Positions 28,741 through 41,457 of a DNA stretch of 64,000 nt are shown piece after piece. The stretch spans positions 7,161,668 through 7,225,667 of the forward strand of contig NC_057750.1 of NCBI RefSeq assembly GCF_004010195.1, in the 5' to 3' direction. The notes beneath the pieces were generated by a model, which did no database searches, had not been told where the DNA came from, and saw nothing but the letters and a program-made list of their open reading frames with translations. The position numbers were made by a program, and so were the translations under genes. The DNA is from Chiloscyllium plagiosum. Lineage: Eukaryota. The number at the start of each line of letters is the position of its first letter. Position 1 is the first letter of the stretch.

Positions 28741-29085
28741 TGACCCGAGTCAACTCCTTCTCTCGCAGGAAAATTGGAAGTGGGGTCTGGGGGAGGGGTG
28801 GGATCCGATACTCCGCAATTTGCTTTACGAAGGCAGTAGCAGTAACAGCCTTGTCAGAGTGTTTCCGTCTGCACCCTGGGGATTGTTTTGTTTTTTGACG
28901 GTTCAGTTACATCTCTCTTGTTCCATATTCAAATAAACCGGCCGAGCCATAGGGGCGTGGAGTATTTCACAAATGTACCTGATCAGGGAGAATGGGATGG
29001 CCTTTTCACTCTTCAACGGCAATAGTGCCTTGGAGAAGAAAGCAATTTGGCCTGTCATACCGGTGCTGGGCTCTCCATCAGATTA

Positions 29086-29304
29086 GGAGAAAGTGAGGTC
29101 TGCAGATGCTGGAGATCAAAGTTGAAACTTTATTGCTGGAACAGCACAGCAGGTCAGGCAGCATCCAGGGAACAGGAGATTCGACGTTTCGGGCACAGGC
29201 CCTTCTTCAGGAATCCTGAAGAAGGGCCTGTGCCCGAAACGTCGAATCTCCTGTTCCCTGGATGCTGCCTGACCTGCTGTGCTGTTCCAGCAATAAAGTT
29301 TCAA
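29086..29304. mobile_element. PLE family-1 palindromic insertion with a 15-bp TSD
   Basis: TSD ctctccatcagatta at 29071-29085 and 29305-29319; 93-bp perfect inverted arms. Confidence 0.85.
29178..29215 (-). ncRNA. Minimal type I hammerhead ribozyme motif (family 1)
   Basis: GAUUC-CUGAAGA-A-GGGC(CUGU)GCCC-GAAA-CGUC-GAAUC: perfect 5-bp stem I, 4-bp stem II, palindromic ACGU stem III, GUC cleavage triplet. Confidence 0.75.
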
Positions 29305-32125
29305 CTCTCCATCAGATTACTCCCATTACCTCTGCCATTGCCCTGCATACTTTCCTCTCGATCCAATTCCTTTTTGCGACTGAATCTGTTTCCACTGCCC
29401 CCTTCAAGCAGTGCTTTGTGGGTCACATCAGCTCACTGCATTTGTTTAGCAGCACATACTGAACATGACCGAGTGCGCTAAGAACCACACCAACGACCAT
29501 GTTAGGGTTATCAGCCAGGCATACAATCTCGGAGCCTCTGGTCTCTCATAATTTTTAAAAGAATGTGTTCGGAGGACTTGGGTGTCGCTGGCTAGGCCCA
29601 ACGTTTATTGCCCATCCCTAATTGCCCAGAGGGCAGTCAAGGGTCAACCACATTCATGTTGGTCTGACATAGAACGTGGAACATTACGGTGCAGTACAGG
29701 TCCTTCGGCCCTCGATGTTGCGCTGACCTGTGAAACCAATCTGAAGCCCATCTAACCAACACTATTCCATTTTCATCCATTTAAATGCCCTTAAAGTTGG
29801 TGAGTCTACTACTGTTGCAGGCAGGGCGTTCCATGCCCCTACACCTCTCTGAGTAAAGAAACTACCTCTGAGGTCTATCCTATATCTATCACCCCTCAAT
29901 TTAAAGCTCGCTATCACCATCTGAGGAAAAGGCTCTCACTGTCCGCCCTATCTAATCCTCTGATCATCTTGTTTTTCATGGCCAATTTAAATGCCCTGCA
30001 CACTCAAAAAGATGTGCAGGTAAGGTGAACTGGCCATGATAAACTGCCCATAATGTTAGGTGCATTGGTCAGGAGTAAATATAGGGTAGGGGAATGGGTC
30101 TAGGTGGGTTACTCTTCAGAGGGTCAGTGTGGACTTGTTGGGCCAAAGGGCCTGTTTTCATTCTGTAACCTAATCTTGTATGTCTCTATTAAGTCACCTC
30201 TTAGTCTTCTTCTTTCTGATGAAAACAGCCTCAAGTCCCTCAGCCTTTCCTCATAAGACCTTCCCCTCCATACCAGGTATCATCCTGGTAAATCTCCTCT
30301 GCACCTTTTCCAAAGCTTCCACATCCTTCCTATAATGCAGCGACCAGAACTATACGCAATACTGGAGTCACAAAGCAATCAGAAATGCAGAAATAGGAAT
30401 GGGAGGAGGCCATTCAGCCCTTCGAGTCTGCTCTACCATTCAATAGGATCATGGCCAATCCAACATTTTTTATGTCTACTTTCCTGCTCTATCCCCATAA
30501 CCCTTGATTTCCTCAAATGATTAAGAATCGATCTCAGTCTTAAACATACCCAAGGACTCTGCCCCCACAGCTCTCTGTGGCAAGGAATTCCAAAGTTTCA
30601 CATCCCTCTGAGCGATGTTAATGGTGGCACATTTCCTTCCCTAAAAAGCATTAGTTAATCAGATGGATTTTTGATGACAGTGGCACACGGTTTGTCATTA
30701 AGTTAACTTTGAATTCCAGATTATTTTTTAATTGAAATGTCACTGTCGGCTTTGGTGGGATTCGAGCCCTTGTCCCTGCGGCATTAACCTCATGTTCTGG
30801 ATTAGTGTTAAACCAACACGTCCAGTTGATTTCAGAGCAGAAGAATCCATCCTAACCAGACCATCGTTGGAAGGAAACCCACACAGAGAATGTGCAAACT
30901 CCACACAGCCACCTGAGGGTGGGATTGAACCCAGGTCCCTGACACTGTGAGGCAGCAGTGCTAACCACTGAGTCACCGTGCCACCCCAACAAGGCAGTTG
31001 GCCGTTTGGCCCATTATGACTGTGCCCTGCTCGCTAAGTGAGAACAGCCACAGGCCAGGAAATAACATTCCAACTCCCACGTGAGATCTCGAGTGAAACG
31101 GTGAAGCCTGGGAACTGCGCTGACAGCAGCTGGTAACTATCAGCTGGCCTGTTTGTCAAAGGCAGAGCATTGAATTCGGAAACCCAGCTGTGTCAACAAC
31201 ACCCGGGCTCTATGTAAATGCAGCGCCCGTTCAATCAACACTTGCTGAGAGGCTCAGTTATCATGCTCTGCTTCCTACAACTGCAAACAAAATGAAAACA
31301 AACACTGCCTGTGAAGGGGCAGGGATGGCCTAGTGGTGCTGTCACTGGGCCTTTAATCCAGCTAATGGTCTGGGGGTCTGGGTTTGAATCCTGCTACAGC
31401 AGATGGGAGCAATTGAGCTTCCCTTCAAGGTATACTTGTTTTTCTTGACTCATTTGTGGGACATGGGTGTTGCTGGCTGGGCCCAGCATTTATAACCCCA
31501 TCCCTAATTGCCCCCTTGAGAAGGTGGGGGTGAGCTGCCTTCTTGAACTGCTGCGGTCTGTGGGTTGAACCACGATGCCCTTGGGGAGGGGATTCCAGGA
31601 TTTTGACCCAGCGACACTGAAGAAACAGCGATATATTTCCAAATCAGGAATGTGAGTGGAGGGGAACTTGCAGGAGGTGGTGGTCCCATGTATCTGCTGT
31701 CCTTGTCCTTCGAGATGGACGCGGTTGGGGGTTTGGAAGGTGCTGTCTCGGGATCATAATGATGACCATGAATCCATCGCCAATTGTCAGGAAATACTAA
31801 TGTCTTTTAGGGAAGGAAGATGCCATCCTTACCTGGTCTGGCCTACATGTGACTCCAGACCCACAGCAATGGGGTTGACTCTTAACTGTCCTCTGGGCAA
31901 TTAGGAACAGGCAATAAATACTGGGCTAGCTTAAATACTAGCTGTAAAAATCTATAACAGGACTGCCCTCAGGTATCTGATGATTGAAGATTAATCTCCA
32001 GTCCAGGGCTGCAAGCGACATTGAAGAAAAATCAAAAGGTTAACAACAACTTAGATTTTTGTGGCGCCTTCAGTGTAATGAAACGTCCCAGGGAGCGTTA
32101 CAAAAGAGCACTGGTTCATTTAAGG

Positions 32126-32330
32126 ACAAAGTTAAAAATCACACAACTCCAGCTTATAGTACGACTGGTTTATGTGGAAGCACTAGCTTTCGGAGCATTG
32201 CTCCTTCACCAGGTGGTTGTGAAGCAACACTCTGAAAGCTAGTGCTTCCACAATAAACCTGTTGGACTATAACCTGGAGTTGTGTGATTTTTAACTTTGT
32301 CCACCCCAGTCCAACACCAGCTCCTCCACA
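32126..32330. mobile_element. PLE family-2 palindromic insertion with a 10-bp TSD
   Basis: TSD tcatttaagg at 32116-32125 and 32331-32340; inverted arms around gctttcggagc..gctccttcaccagg. Confidence 0.7.
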
Positions 32331-33169
32331 TCATTTAAGGTCAGATCAAGGCGGATTAGGGAAAGCACGCTCAAAGGGGTAGACTATCCCAGAGGAACAG
32401 AGGGAGGTTTATACAATCATGGAATCCCTACAGTGTGGAAGCAGGCCATTCGACCCATCAGGTCCACTCTGCCCCTCCGAAGAGCATTCCACCCAGACCC
32501 ACCTCCTCCATGGCAGTTGGTGGGATTTTAAATTCTCTTTAACGAACCTGGCATCGAAAGGATAGTCTCAGTGATGGTGACCATCGATTAGTGTTAAAAG
32601 CCCCTGCCAGTTCACTAATGCCCGGTGGAGAGGGAAATCTGCCATCCTTAACCGATCTGGCCTATAGGTAGCTGCAGACCCACAGTGATGGGATTACTTC
32701 AGCTGCCTTCTGAAATGACCGAGTGAGACCCTCAGTTTGGGGGCAATTAAGGATGGGTAATGAATGTTCACCTCACCAATGACAAATCGCCTCATGTCAA
32801 AGAATAACCGAGGCCATAAATAACCCAATCTTTTCTCATGGGACAACCAGGACTCAATGGAGTGAAGGTGCTCTGATCTGTTTCTGAAGCAGTTACATCA
32901 TTCCCAAAGTAAGGACGATGCAGATGTGTCTTCATCAATTCTCTATGCAACATCTCTACTTTTCCATTCAATTGTCCTTGCAATAAACACCAACATTTCA
33001 TTTGCCTTTCAAATCATCGAATCGAAACCTTTTAAGGAATGGGACACACCAGTCCACTCAGGAACACCCCTACCCTATCTCTGTGACCCTGCATTTCCCA
33101 TGGCTAACCCACCTAGCCTGCACATCCCTGGACACTATGGGACAATCTAGCATGGCCAATCCACCCAAA

Positions 33170-33770
33170 CCTGCACACACACTCACACTCCCATTTACAC
33201 ACGTGCATTCACACACATGCACAATCACATTCACATGCATGTTCACACACACATTTACACACATACATCCACACACATGCACATTCACATGCATGTTCAC
33301 ACACACGCTCACGTTCACACACGTACATCCACACACATGCACAATCATATTCACACACATTCACATGCATGTTCACACACACGCTCACGTTTACACACGT
33401 ACATGCACAATCATATTCACATGCATGTTCACACACACATTTACACACGTACATCCACAGGAGGAGAAAGTGAGGACTGCAGATGCTGGAGATCAGAGCT
33501 GAAAATGTGTTGCTGGAAAAGCGCAGCAGGTCAGGCAGCATCCGAGGAGCCCTTCCTGAAGAAGGGCTCATGCCCGAAACGTCGATTCTCCTGATCCCTG
33601 GATGCTGCCTGACCTGCTGCGCTATTCCAGCAACACATTTTCAACACGTACATCCACACACATGCACAATCACATTCACGTGCATGTTCACACATTCACG
33701 TTTACACACGTACATCCACACACATGCACAATCACATTCACACACATTGACATGCGTGTTCACACTCTCA
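33170..33770. repeat. CA-rich complex microsatellite with a nested PLE palindrome (33460-33643)
   Basis: cacatgcatgttcacac units; the insert is flanked by acacgtacatccaca at 33445-33459 and 33644-33658. Confidence 0.85.
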
Positions 33771-34110
33771 GTCCCAATCATGCTAACTGCACTATTGGTG
33801 TTCGATCACAGAAGGAAACCAGGGTCTGATCTTAAGACAAAAGAGTATAGAGAGAAGCCGGAAGCTGAAGGTCAATAAGTGGGAAAAGGTAGATCACTGA
33901 CCAATAACAGAGAAAGAGCAGTCCTTTGATAAGTTAAAACATGAATCATCAAAGCTGATTTTCATAGAATGATAAAGCAGTCATCTGGTATCTAAGCAGC
34001 TGCTAACTGAACTTGGAGAGAACGAAAAGAGTGAACAGCTTTTGTACAGCTCAGCCAGACATTCCGACTGAGTCCATTCTGCCCCGACATTTCCATGTTG
34101 GAATATCGGA

Positions 34111-34697
34111 CTGCTTCGAATTCCTTGGATCCAGGTAATCAGGGTCACGTCAATGGAAGCTCCCTATTGATTGACAGTTCATCAAACGAGTCTAGCTCAG
34201 GTCAGAGGGTCCAGTTTATAATTACAACAATTTAAACAAAGTGTCACAGACAGCAGATTTATCCGCAGGCTTGTGTTTCCCAGTGTATTACTGCACTTGG
34301 CATTGTCTCCAATACCACTGTAGCTCCCCTCAACGTATCCATGTTATTCAACTCAATGCCCCCCTGTGGTGGTGAGGTCCATGTCCTGCCCATTCTCCGG
34401 GTGACACCCAGTGGCGTGGCGTGCTAGAGGATGATTAATAAACAAAACAATGTAACAGGATCCCAGTGATTAGCACCTTACCCCACAGTCTGCTACCGGA
34501 GACAATGCCAAGCACAGTGATACACTGGGAGACTCAAGCCTGCGGATAAATCTGCTGTCTGTGACACTTTGTTTAAATTGTTGTAATTATAAACTGGACC
34601 CTCTGACCTCAGCTGGACTCGTTTGATGAACTCTTAATCAATAGGGAGCTTCCATTGACGTGACCCTGATTACCTGGATCCAAGGAATTCAATGCAG
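34111..34697. repeat. Long inverted repeat (about 200-bp arms, about 187-bp spacer), MITE/foldback-like
   Basis: 34111-34310 is the reverse complement of 34498-34697 with few mismatches. Confidence 0.9.
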
Positions 34698-35344
34698 CAG
34701 ATTCCCAGTGATTTGAATCCAATAAAAATCTGGAATTAAGAATCTAATGATGACCATGAAACGATTGTCAGGAAATCCCATCTGGTTCACTAATGTCTAT
34801 CAGGGAAGGAAACTACCTGATCTGGCCTACCTGTGACTCCAGACCCATAACAATGTGGTTGACTCTCAACTGTCCTCTGGACAATTAGGGATGGGTAATA
34901 AATGCTGGGCCTAGCCAGTGATGCCCACATCCTGTGAATGAATAAAGAAAAAGGCTTCTTTCTCTGCTGTTTAAAAAAAAAGTCAGATTTGCGTCTATTT
35001 GGCCCTATTCATGACTGTCAGATATCTCAAAACACTTTCCAGTCAATGAAGTAAGTGGAAGGTTTTATATTGAATGATTTAATTGCATGATCTTTTGCTA
35101 TAAATTCTGTGTGTTATGATCCTCCTCCACTCGTTACCTAATGAAGGAGCACTGCTCCGAAAGCTAGTGCTTCCAAATAAACTTGTTGGACTATAACCTG
35201 GTGTGTGGTATTAACTTTATACACCCCCGTCCAACACTGGCACCTCCAAATAATGTATACCTACTGTGGTTACCATGAAGGACTCTTCTCCCCCCCACTC
35301 ACCTGAGGAGTGATGAGCCTCAGGTTAAACCACCACTCCCTATT

Positions 35345-35480
35345 CATCTCTCTGTCTCTCTCACACTCTCTATCTCTTTCTCTGTCTCTCTCTCACACTC
35401 TCTTCTGTGTCTCTCTTTCTCTCTCTGTCTCTCTCTCACACACTCTCTCTCTCTCCCTTTCTCTCTGTCTGTCTCTCTCT
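35345..35480. repeat. (CT)n microsatellite
   Basis: Simple repeat. Confidence 0.9.
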
Positions 35481-36859
35481 AATGAGCAAGCAGCCCTATG
35501 GTGTGGTCAGACTATGGTGACTCGCCCTTCTCACCATGGTATTGTCTGCTCACGGCATGAGAGAGGGAACAGGTGAAGTGCACCTTGATTTGGATACCAT
35601 GCCTCGATTTGACTGTCAAATGACAGGATAAAGTGTGAGAAAACAGCAGGAGGCAAACACTCAAAAATCAACAGATTTAACAGGGTAACAGTACTCTCGG
35701 CGAGATGGCGAAGTGGGAGGAAAGCAAACCCAGCAGAGAACATGCTCAAAAATAATGGTATCCCGCCCACCCCTAGGTGGTCCAGGGGACATTCTGTGCA
35801 AATGCGTTTGAAAATTCGGTAATAATTTCTTTCCTGTAATGCAACAGATTTTCCTCAGGGCCAGTGGGGGAGCTTTTGTGTGTCGCACGACAGAAAACCC
35901 GAAAGAACCGTGGGTGCTGTAAGTCAGAGTCAAAAACAGAAATTGCTGGAAAAGCTCAGCAGGTCTGGCAACCACGATTGTGTCCAACACAAACACCCCG
36001 CAGAGTGGCCGGAAAAAAATAAGAAAGGTTTGGAGATGCCGGTGTCGGACTGGGGGTGGACAAAGTTAAAAATCACACAACACCAGGTTACAGTCCAACA
36101 GGTTTAATTGCAAAAAAAAAATAGCAATTCTGCAATGCAGGGGGAGGCAAAAAATTGCGATTGCTGGAAAAGCTCAGTGGGTCTGGCAGCAACACTGGAT
36201 GCTGTGTCTCCGCAGATGCTAGATTAGAATGGTGCTGGAAAAGCACAGCAGGTCAGGCGGCATCCTCCTCCACAGACGCTGCCAGACCTGCTGAGCTTTT
36301 CCAGCAATCGCTATTTCTGCCCCCCTTTGCATCGCAGAATTGTTATCATTTTTTTTGCGGCCATTCTGCAGGGTGTTTGTGTTGGACACAGTGCTGATTG
36401 CTGAAGGATCATTACTTCCGCATTAAAACCGCACACGGGCTGAGCTTCATTGAGCTGAGCAGCGTCTGACTTTGATCACACTACCTTGACGACTTTAGAT
36501 GCGAGTGCACAGCGCAGTCAGAGAGCCCCCTCCATAAACAGGGGCTAACTTTTAATCAGCCTGTTCGGAGTTGTTACGGCACCCCTGCACTACGGCTGAG
36601 ACTCAAAATGCAGCCCTTCTGGTCCAGAGGTTGGGTCACTACCACTAGATTCTTAAAGAAGTCGACTTATAACGCCTTGTCATTAGACGATCAATATGCC
36701 CCAGGCAACTAGTTGGCGTGATCCAGGGTAAAGAATGGTTGGAAAGCTGTTGTTGAGATGGTGATGGGGTTGGGCCTCCCATATCCAGGGGCCTGCACAC
36801 GCTATCAACTCTGCATCAGCCTTTCCTGGACAGGCCCACTGCGCCTTCTGTGCTGGCAT

Positions 36860-37182
36860 TGGGGTGGCACGGTGGCACAATGGTTAGCACTGCTGCCTCG
36901 CAGCACCAGAGACCTTGGTTCAATTCCTGCCTCAGGTAACTGTCTGTGTGGAGTTTGCACATTCTCCCCGTGTCTGCGTGAGTTTCCCCCCGGGTGCTCT
37001 GGTTTCCTCCCACAGTCCAAAAATGTGCAGGTCAGGTGAATTGGCCGTGCTAAGTTGCCCGTAGTGTGAGGTGAAAGGGTAACTGTAGGGGAATGGGTCT
37101 GGGAGGGTTGCTCTTTGGAGGGTCGGTGTGAACTTGCTGGGCCGAAGGGCCTGTTTCCACACTGTAAGTAATCTAATCTAAT
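36860..37182 (+). mobile_element. HE1-like V-SINE
   Basis: Full head, V-domain and (aatct)n tail. Confidence 0.88.
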
Positions 37183-37199
37183 TAGCTGCTTTCTAATTC

Positions 37200-37855
37200 T
37201 TTGACTGGTTGGGTATTTAGTGCCCATCCATAATTGCCCCTGAAGAAGATGGTGGAGCTTCTTGAGCTGTGGCCGTCCTTAGGGTATAGGGACAATGCCG
37301 TTAGGGAGGGAATCCAGGATTTTATCCAGCGACAATCGATAAACGGCGATATATTTCTGAGTCAGGATGGTGAGTGGCTTGGAGGCAAAGCATTGTGAAA
37401 TGATCGGCGAACATCCCCACCTCGAATCTTATGATGGAGGGAAGGTTGTTGATGATATAATTGAAGATGGTTGGGTCTAGGACACTATCCTGAGGAACTC
37501 CTGCAGAGATGTCCTGGAGCTGAGAGGACTGACCTCCAACAACCACGACCATCTTCCTATGTGCTGGGTATGACTGCAACCAGCAGAGAGTTTGTCCCCT
37601 GATACACATTGACACCAGTTTTGGCAGGACCCCTTGATGCTATACTCGGTTGAATGTTGCTTTGATGTCAAGGATTGTCACTCTCCCCTCCCCTCTGGAA
37701 TTCAGCTTTTTTGTCCATGTTTGACCCAAGGCTGTAGTGAGGTCCCTGACAGAACCCAAACTGGGCATCACTGAGCAGGTTATTGTTGATTAGATATCAT
37801 GTGATGGCACTGTTGACACCTTCCATCAGTTTGTAGATGACAGAGAATAGACTGG
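37200..37855 (-). mobile_element. L2/CR1-like LINE RT fragment (likely partner of the Deu-like SINE tail)
   Basis: WLQSY..HRKMVVVVGGQSS..QDISAGVPQDSVLDPTIFNYIINNLP...GMFAD. Related 3' fragments at about 21190-21520, 31440-31755, 52190-52880, 62085-62490. Confidence 0.8.
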
Positions 37856-38574
37856 GGGGCTTTGATGGATAACTAAAGAGAAACTATTTACAAACCAATT
37901 AAAATGAACTAACTAATTAAGGTGCGATAGTGTTCATTCAGTCACTGCTGCTCATTGTCCATTGCGTTCAGAGGTTGGTAGTGAACCTTCCCAAGAATTG
38001 AGTGACCAGTGCAGACAGCAATTGAGCAACATCACTGTCAGCATGACTAACCCAGGCAGATCCCCTTCCCAAAAGGACATTAGTCAAGCAGATGGGGTTT
38101 AAAGACAATCAGACTGTTTCATTGTCACAATTACTAAGATCTTTCTCATGATTCTAGATTTATGTCCTGGGGTGGATTTAATTTCCTCCAGCTGCTGTGG
38201 TTGGATTTGAATTCTTGCCTGCAGATCATTTATCCAGATTATGAGCACCAGTAACATAGCCAGTATTCCAGTAACAAAACCAATATCCCAGTTACATAAC
38301 CAGTACTCCAGTAATATAACCATTATTTCAGTAACATAACCAGTGTTCCACCAGGCAACACAGGAAAGCACAAGCCATCCCATTGTATGAGCAACGTCTC
38401 AGCCAGTATCTTTAACATTCGGTCGGTTTATATTGTTCATTTAATCAGGAGAAGAGCTGATGTTCAAAGGAGACAAACAGCTTTATATATTTGATAGCGA
38501 TATTCCCTACTGTAGGAAGTACAGTGTAACCAAAATCCTTTGTTGTATTTAGCTTCACAGTTCAGATCTCAATC

Positions 38575-39550
38575 TAATCAAGAGGTGAATGTGTTTATAT
38601 ATAGATTAAAAGATACTTGGGAGTGGGTTACAGACAGGAATCTAATCGAGGGGTTCTGGGTGGTTAATATATAGAACAACATAACCCCAGGAGTGAGTTA
38701 TAGACTGGAATCTAATTGAGGGGTTCAGGGGGTTTATATATAGAATAACAGATACCCGGGAGTGAGTTATAGACTGGAATCTAATTGAGGGGTTCAGGGG
38801 GTTTATATATAGAATAACAGATACCCGGGAGTGAGTTATAGACTGGAATCTAATTGAGGGGTTCAGGAGGTTTATATATAGAATAACAGATACCCGGGAG
38901 TGAGTTATAGACTGGAATCTAATCAAGGGGTTTAAGGGGTTTATATATAGAATAACAGATACCCGGGAGCGAATTCCAGACTTGAATCTGATTGAGGGGT
39001 TCAGGGGGTTTATATACAGAATAATAAATACCTGGGAGTGAATTACAGACAGGAATCTAATCAAGGGGTTTAAGGGGTTTATATATAGAATAGCAGATAC
39101 CTGGGAGTGAGTTACAGACTGGAATCTAATCAAGGGTTTAAGAGAGATTATATATAGAATAATAGATACCCAGGAGTGAGTTACAGACTAGAATCTAATC
39201 GAGTGGTTTAGGGGGTTTATATATAGAATAATAGATACCTGGGAATGAGTTACAGACTGAATTCTAATCAAGGGATTCAGGGGATTTATATACAGAAGGA
39301 CAGAGCCTTCGGAGTGAGTTACGGACTAGAATCTAATCAAGGGATTTAAAGGGTTTATATATAGAATAACAGATACCCAGGAGTGAGTAACAGACTGGAA
39401 TCTAATCGAGGGGTTCAGGGGGTTTGTATACAGAATAATAGATATCTGGGAGTGAGTTACAGACTGGACTCTAATCAAGGGGTTTATATATAGAATAATA
39501 GGTACCTGGGAGTGAGTTAGAGACTGGAATCTAATAAGGAGTTCAGGGTA
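38575..39550. repeat. 69-bp minisatellite, about 14 copies
   Basis: Unit gagtgagttatagactggaatctaattgaggggttcagggggtttatatatagaataacagatacccgg; period 69 (38691, 38760). Confidence 0.95.
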
Positions 39551-40134
39551 TGTAAAGCAATACCGAGATTCATCAATGAGTTACCCATTCAAATTTGTTG
39601 AAGGTATTTGGATAATTTATGCATAGAACTTGCTGGAAGTACAGGGAGGGGCAATCGGCTTTAGTGTATTTTCAGAATTCGATTTCATATTTGCTGTTTA
39701 TTTATAGAGAATAATGGATCTCCAGGATAGCTTTCAAATAGGTAATCTAATCGAAGCACTCAGCTGTCGTCACCATGCTCTAGATCAAAGTTTGCATTAT
39801 TTATATGTGTCACCGGAGCAGTCTGATCAGATTACATTATCCCCTGCACCCGTTACACATTAACAAGAATTTGACGCAATCAAGCAAGTTTATCAGAGAA
39901 TGATTGCCAGTTAATTAGAAGGAAGTTGTGTCTGGTATGAGTTCTTGCCAGATGCTGTGTATGTTGCTGTTTCGTTTAGACTAACTGCAGGTAAGAGACT
40001 TGTTGTTCTGTCTGCCGCACACTTAAATTAATTTCAGCCAATTCTGCAATTTCAGTTCACCCCTTACCTGTTGGAAATAGCCCTCTGGGAGGGAGGCGCT
40101 TGGGTAATGAAAGCAGTGAGATGCCCTTAATTTA

Positions 40135-40715
40135 GAGTCATAGAGATGTACAGCAAGGAAACAGACCCTTTGGTCCAACCCGCCCATGCCGATATCCCAA
40201 CCCAATCTAGTCCCACCTGCCAGCACTTGGCCCATATCCCTCCAAACCCTTCCTATTCATATACCCATCCAGATGCCTTTTAAATGTTGCAATTGTACCA
40301 GCCTCCAACACATCCTCTGGCAGCTGATTCCATACACGCACCACCCTCTGTGTGAAAAAGTTGCCCCTTAGGTCCCTTATATATCTTTTCCCTCTCAACC
40401 TAAACCTATGCCCTCTAGTTCTGGACTCCCCTACCCCAGGGAAAAGACCTTGTCTATTTATCCTATCCATGCCCCTCATAATTTTGTAAACCTCTATAAG
40501 GTCACCCCTCAGCCTCCGACGCTCCAGGGAAAACAGTCAGAGCATATTCAGCCTCTCCTTGTAGCCCAAATCCTCCAACCCCGGCAACATCCTTGTAAAT
40601 CTTTTCTGAACCCTTTCAAGTTTCACACCATCCTTCTGATAGGAGAGAGACCAGGATTGCACGCAATATTCCAAAAGTGGCCTAACCAATGTCCTATACA
40701 GCTGCAACATGACCT
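40135..40715 (-). mobile_element. CR1 3' fragment
   Basis: MRGMDRINRQGLFPGVGESRTRGHRF...WNQLPEDV and a CR1 3' UTR. Confidence 0.92.
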
Positions 40716-41457
40716 CACTCTGGTTCAGGTATGATGGGAGTAGAATCCAGGGGCTGGTTAGCTCAGTTGGCTGAATGGCTGGTTTACACTACAGAGTAAT
40801 GCCAACAGTGTGTGGTTCAATTCTCAGGTTGGCTGAGACCACCTGAAAGGACTCTCCCACAACCTCTCCCCTTGCCTACAGCATCCTGAGTCTGTGACTA
40901 GAACCACCCCCAAGTCTCTCTCCATCTAACAAGAGAGCAGCCTGATGCTGTCGTAAGACTCTGCCTTAATTTAGAATCTATGTAGGACCAGGTCTAATGG
41001 GGATTTCCTTTCAGAGCTTTGATTGCTCTGGTGTTAACTGACTCTGCCTGAGCCTGGAAAGTGAGCGCTGGAGCTCAGAGGTCAAAAAGTGAGGCTGTGG
41101 AAAAGTGCTGGTCAGGGAGCGGGAGCATTGATGTTTTGGGCATAAGCCCTTCATTTTTTGACTTGTTCTGTGGCCATCCAGATTGAGGCTGTGCGCTTGG
41201 GAGAGGGAGGGTATAACAGGTACACAGTCCACGGGATTGCCCTGTGACTCAGTGGGAAACGTTCCCACCTCCAAGACAGAAGGCTGTGGACTAAAATCTC
41301 ACTCTAGCCATCTACATTCACTAACCAGAGCAGTCGGGACCGTCGGGTATGACATTAAATTCAAAGTAACTCCACAGAGGCCGATATCCCAACATCCTTT
41401 ATTCACACGTGGAAAATCTTTAACACTGAGCCAGCTCTCAGAGTGAACGGAACCTCT

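Noticed and set aside
33002..33878. His/Thr- and Cys/Val-rich ORFs
   Set aside because: Translations of the CA-rich microsatellite and the nested repeat.
38642..39133. 163-aa ORF with 23-aa repeats
   Set aside because: A by-product of the 69-bp satellite (length divisible by 3); no splice or homology support.
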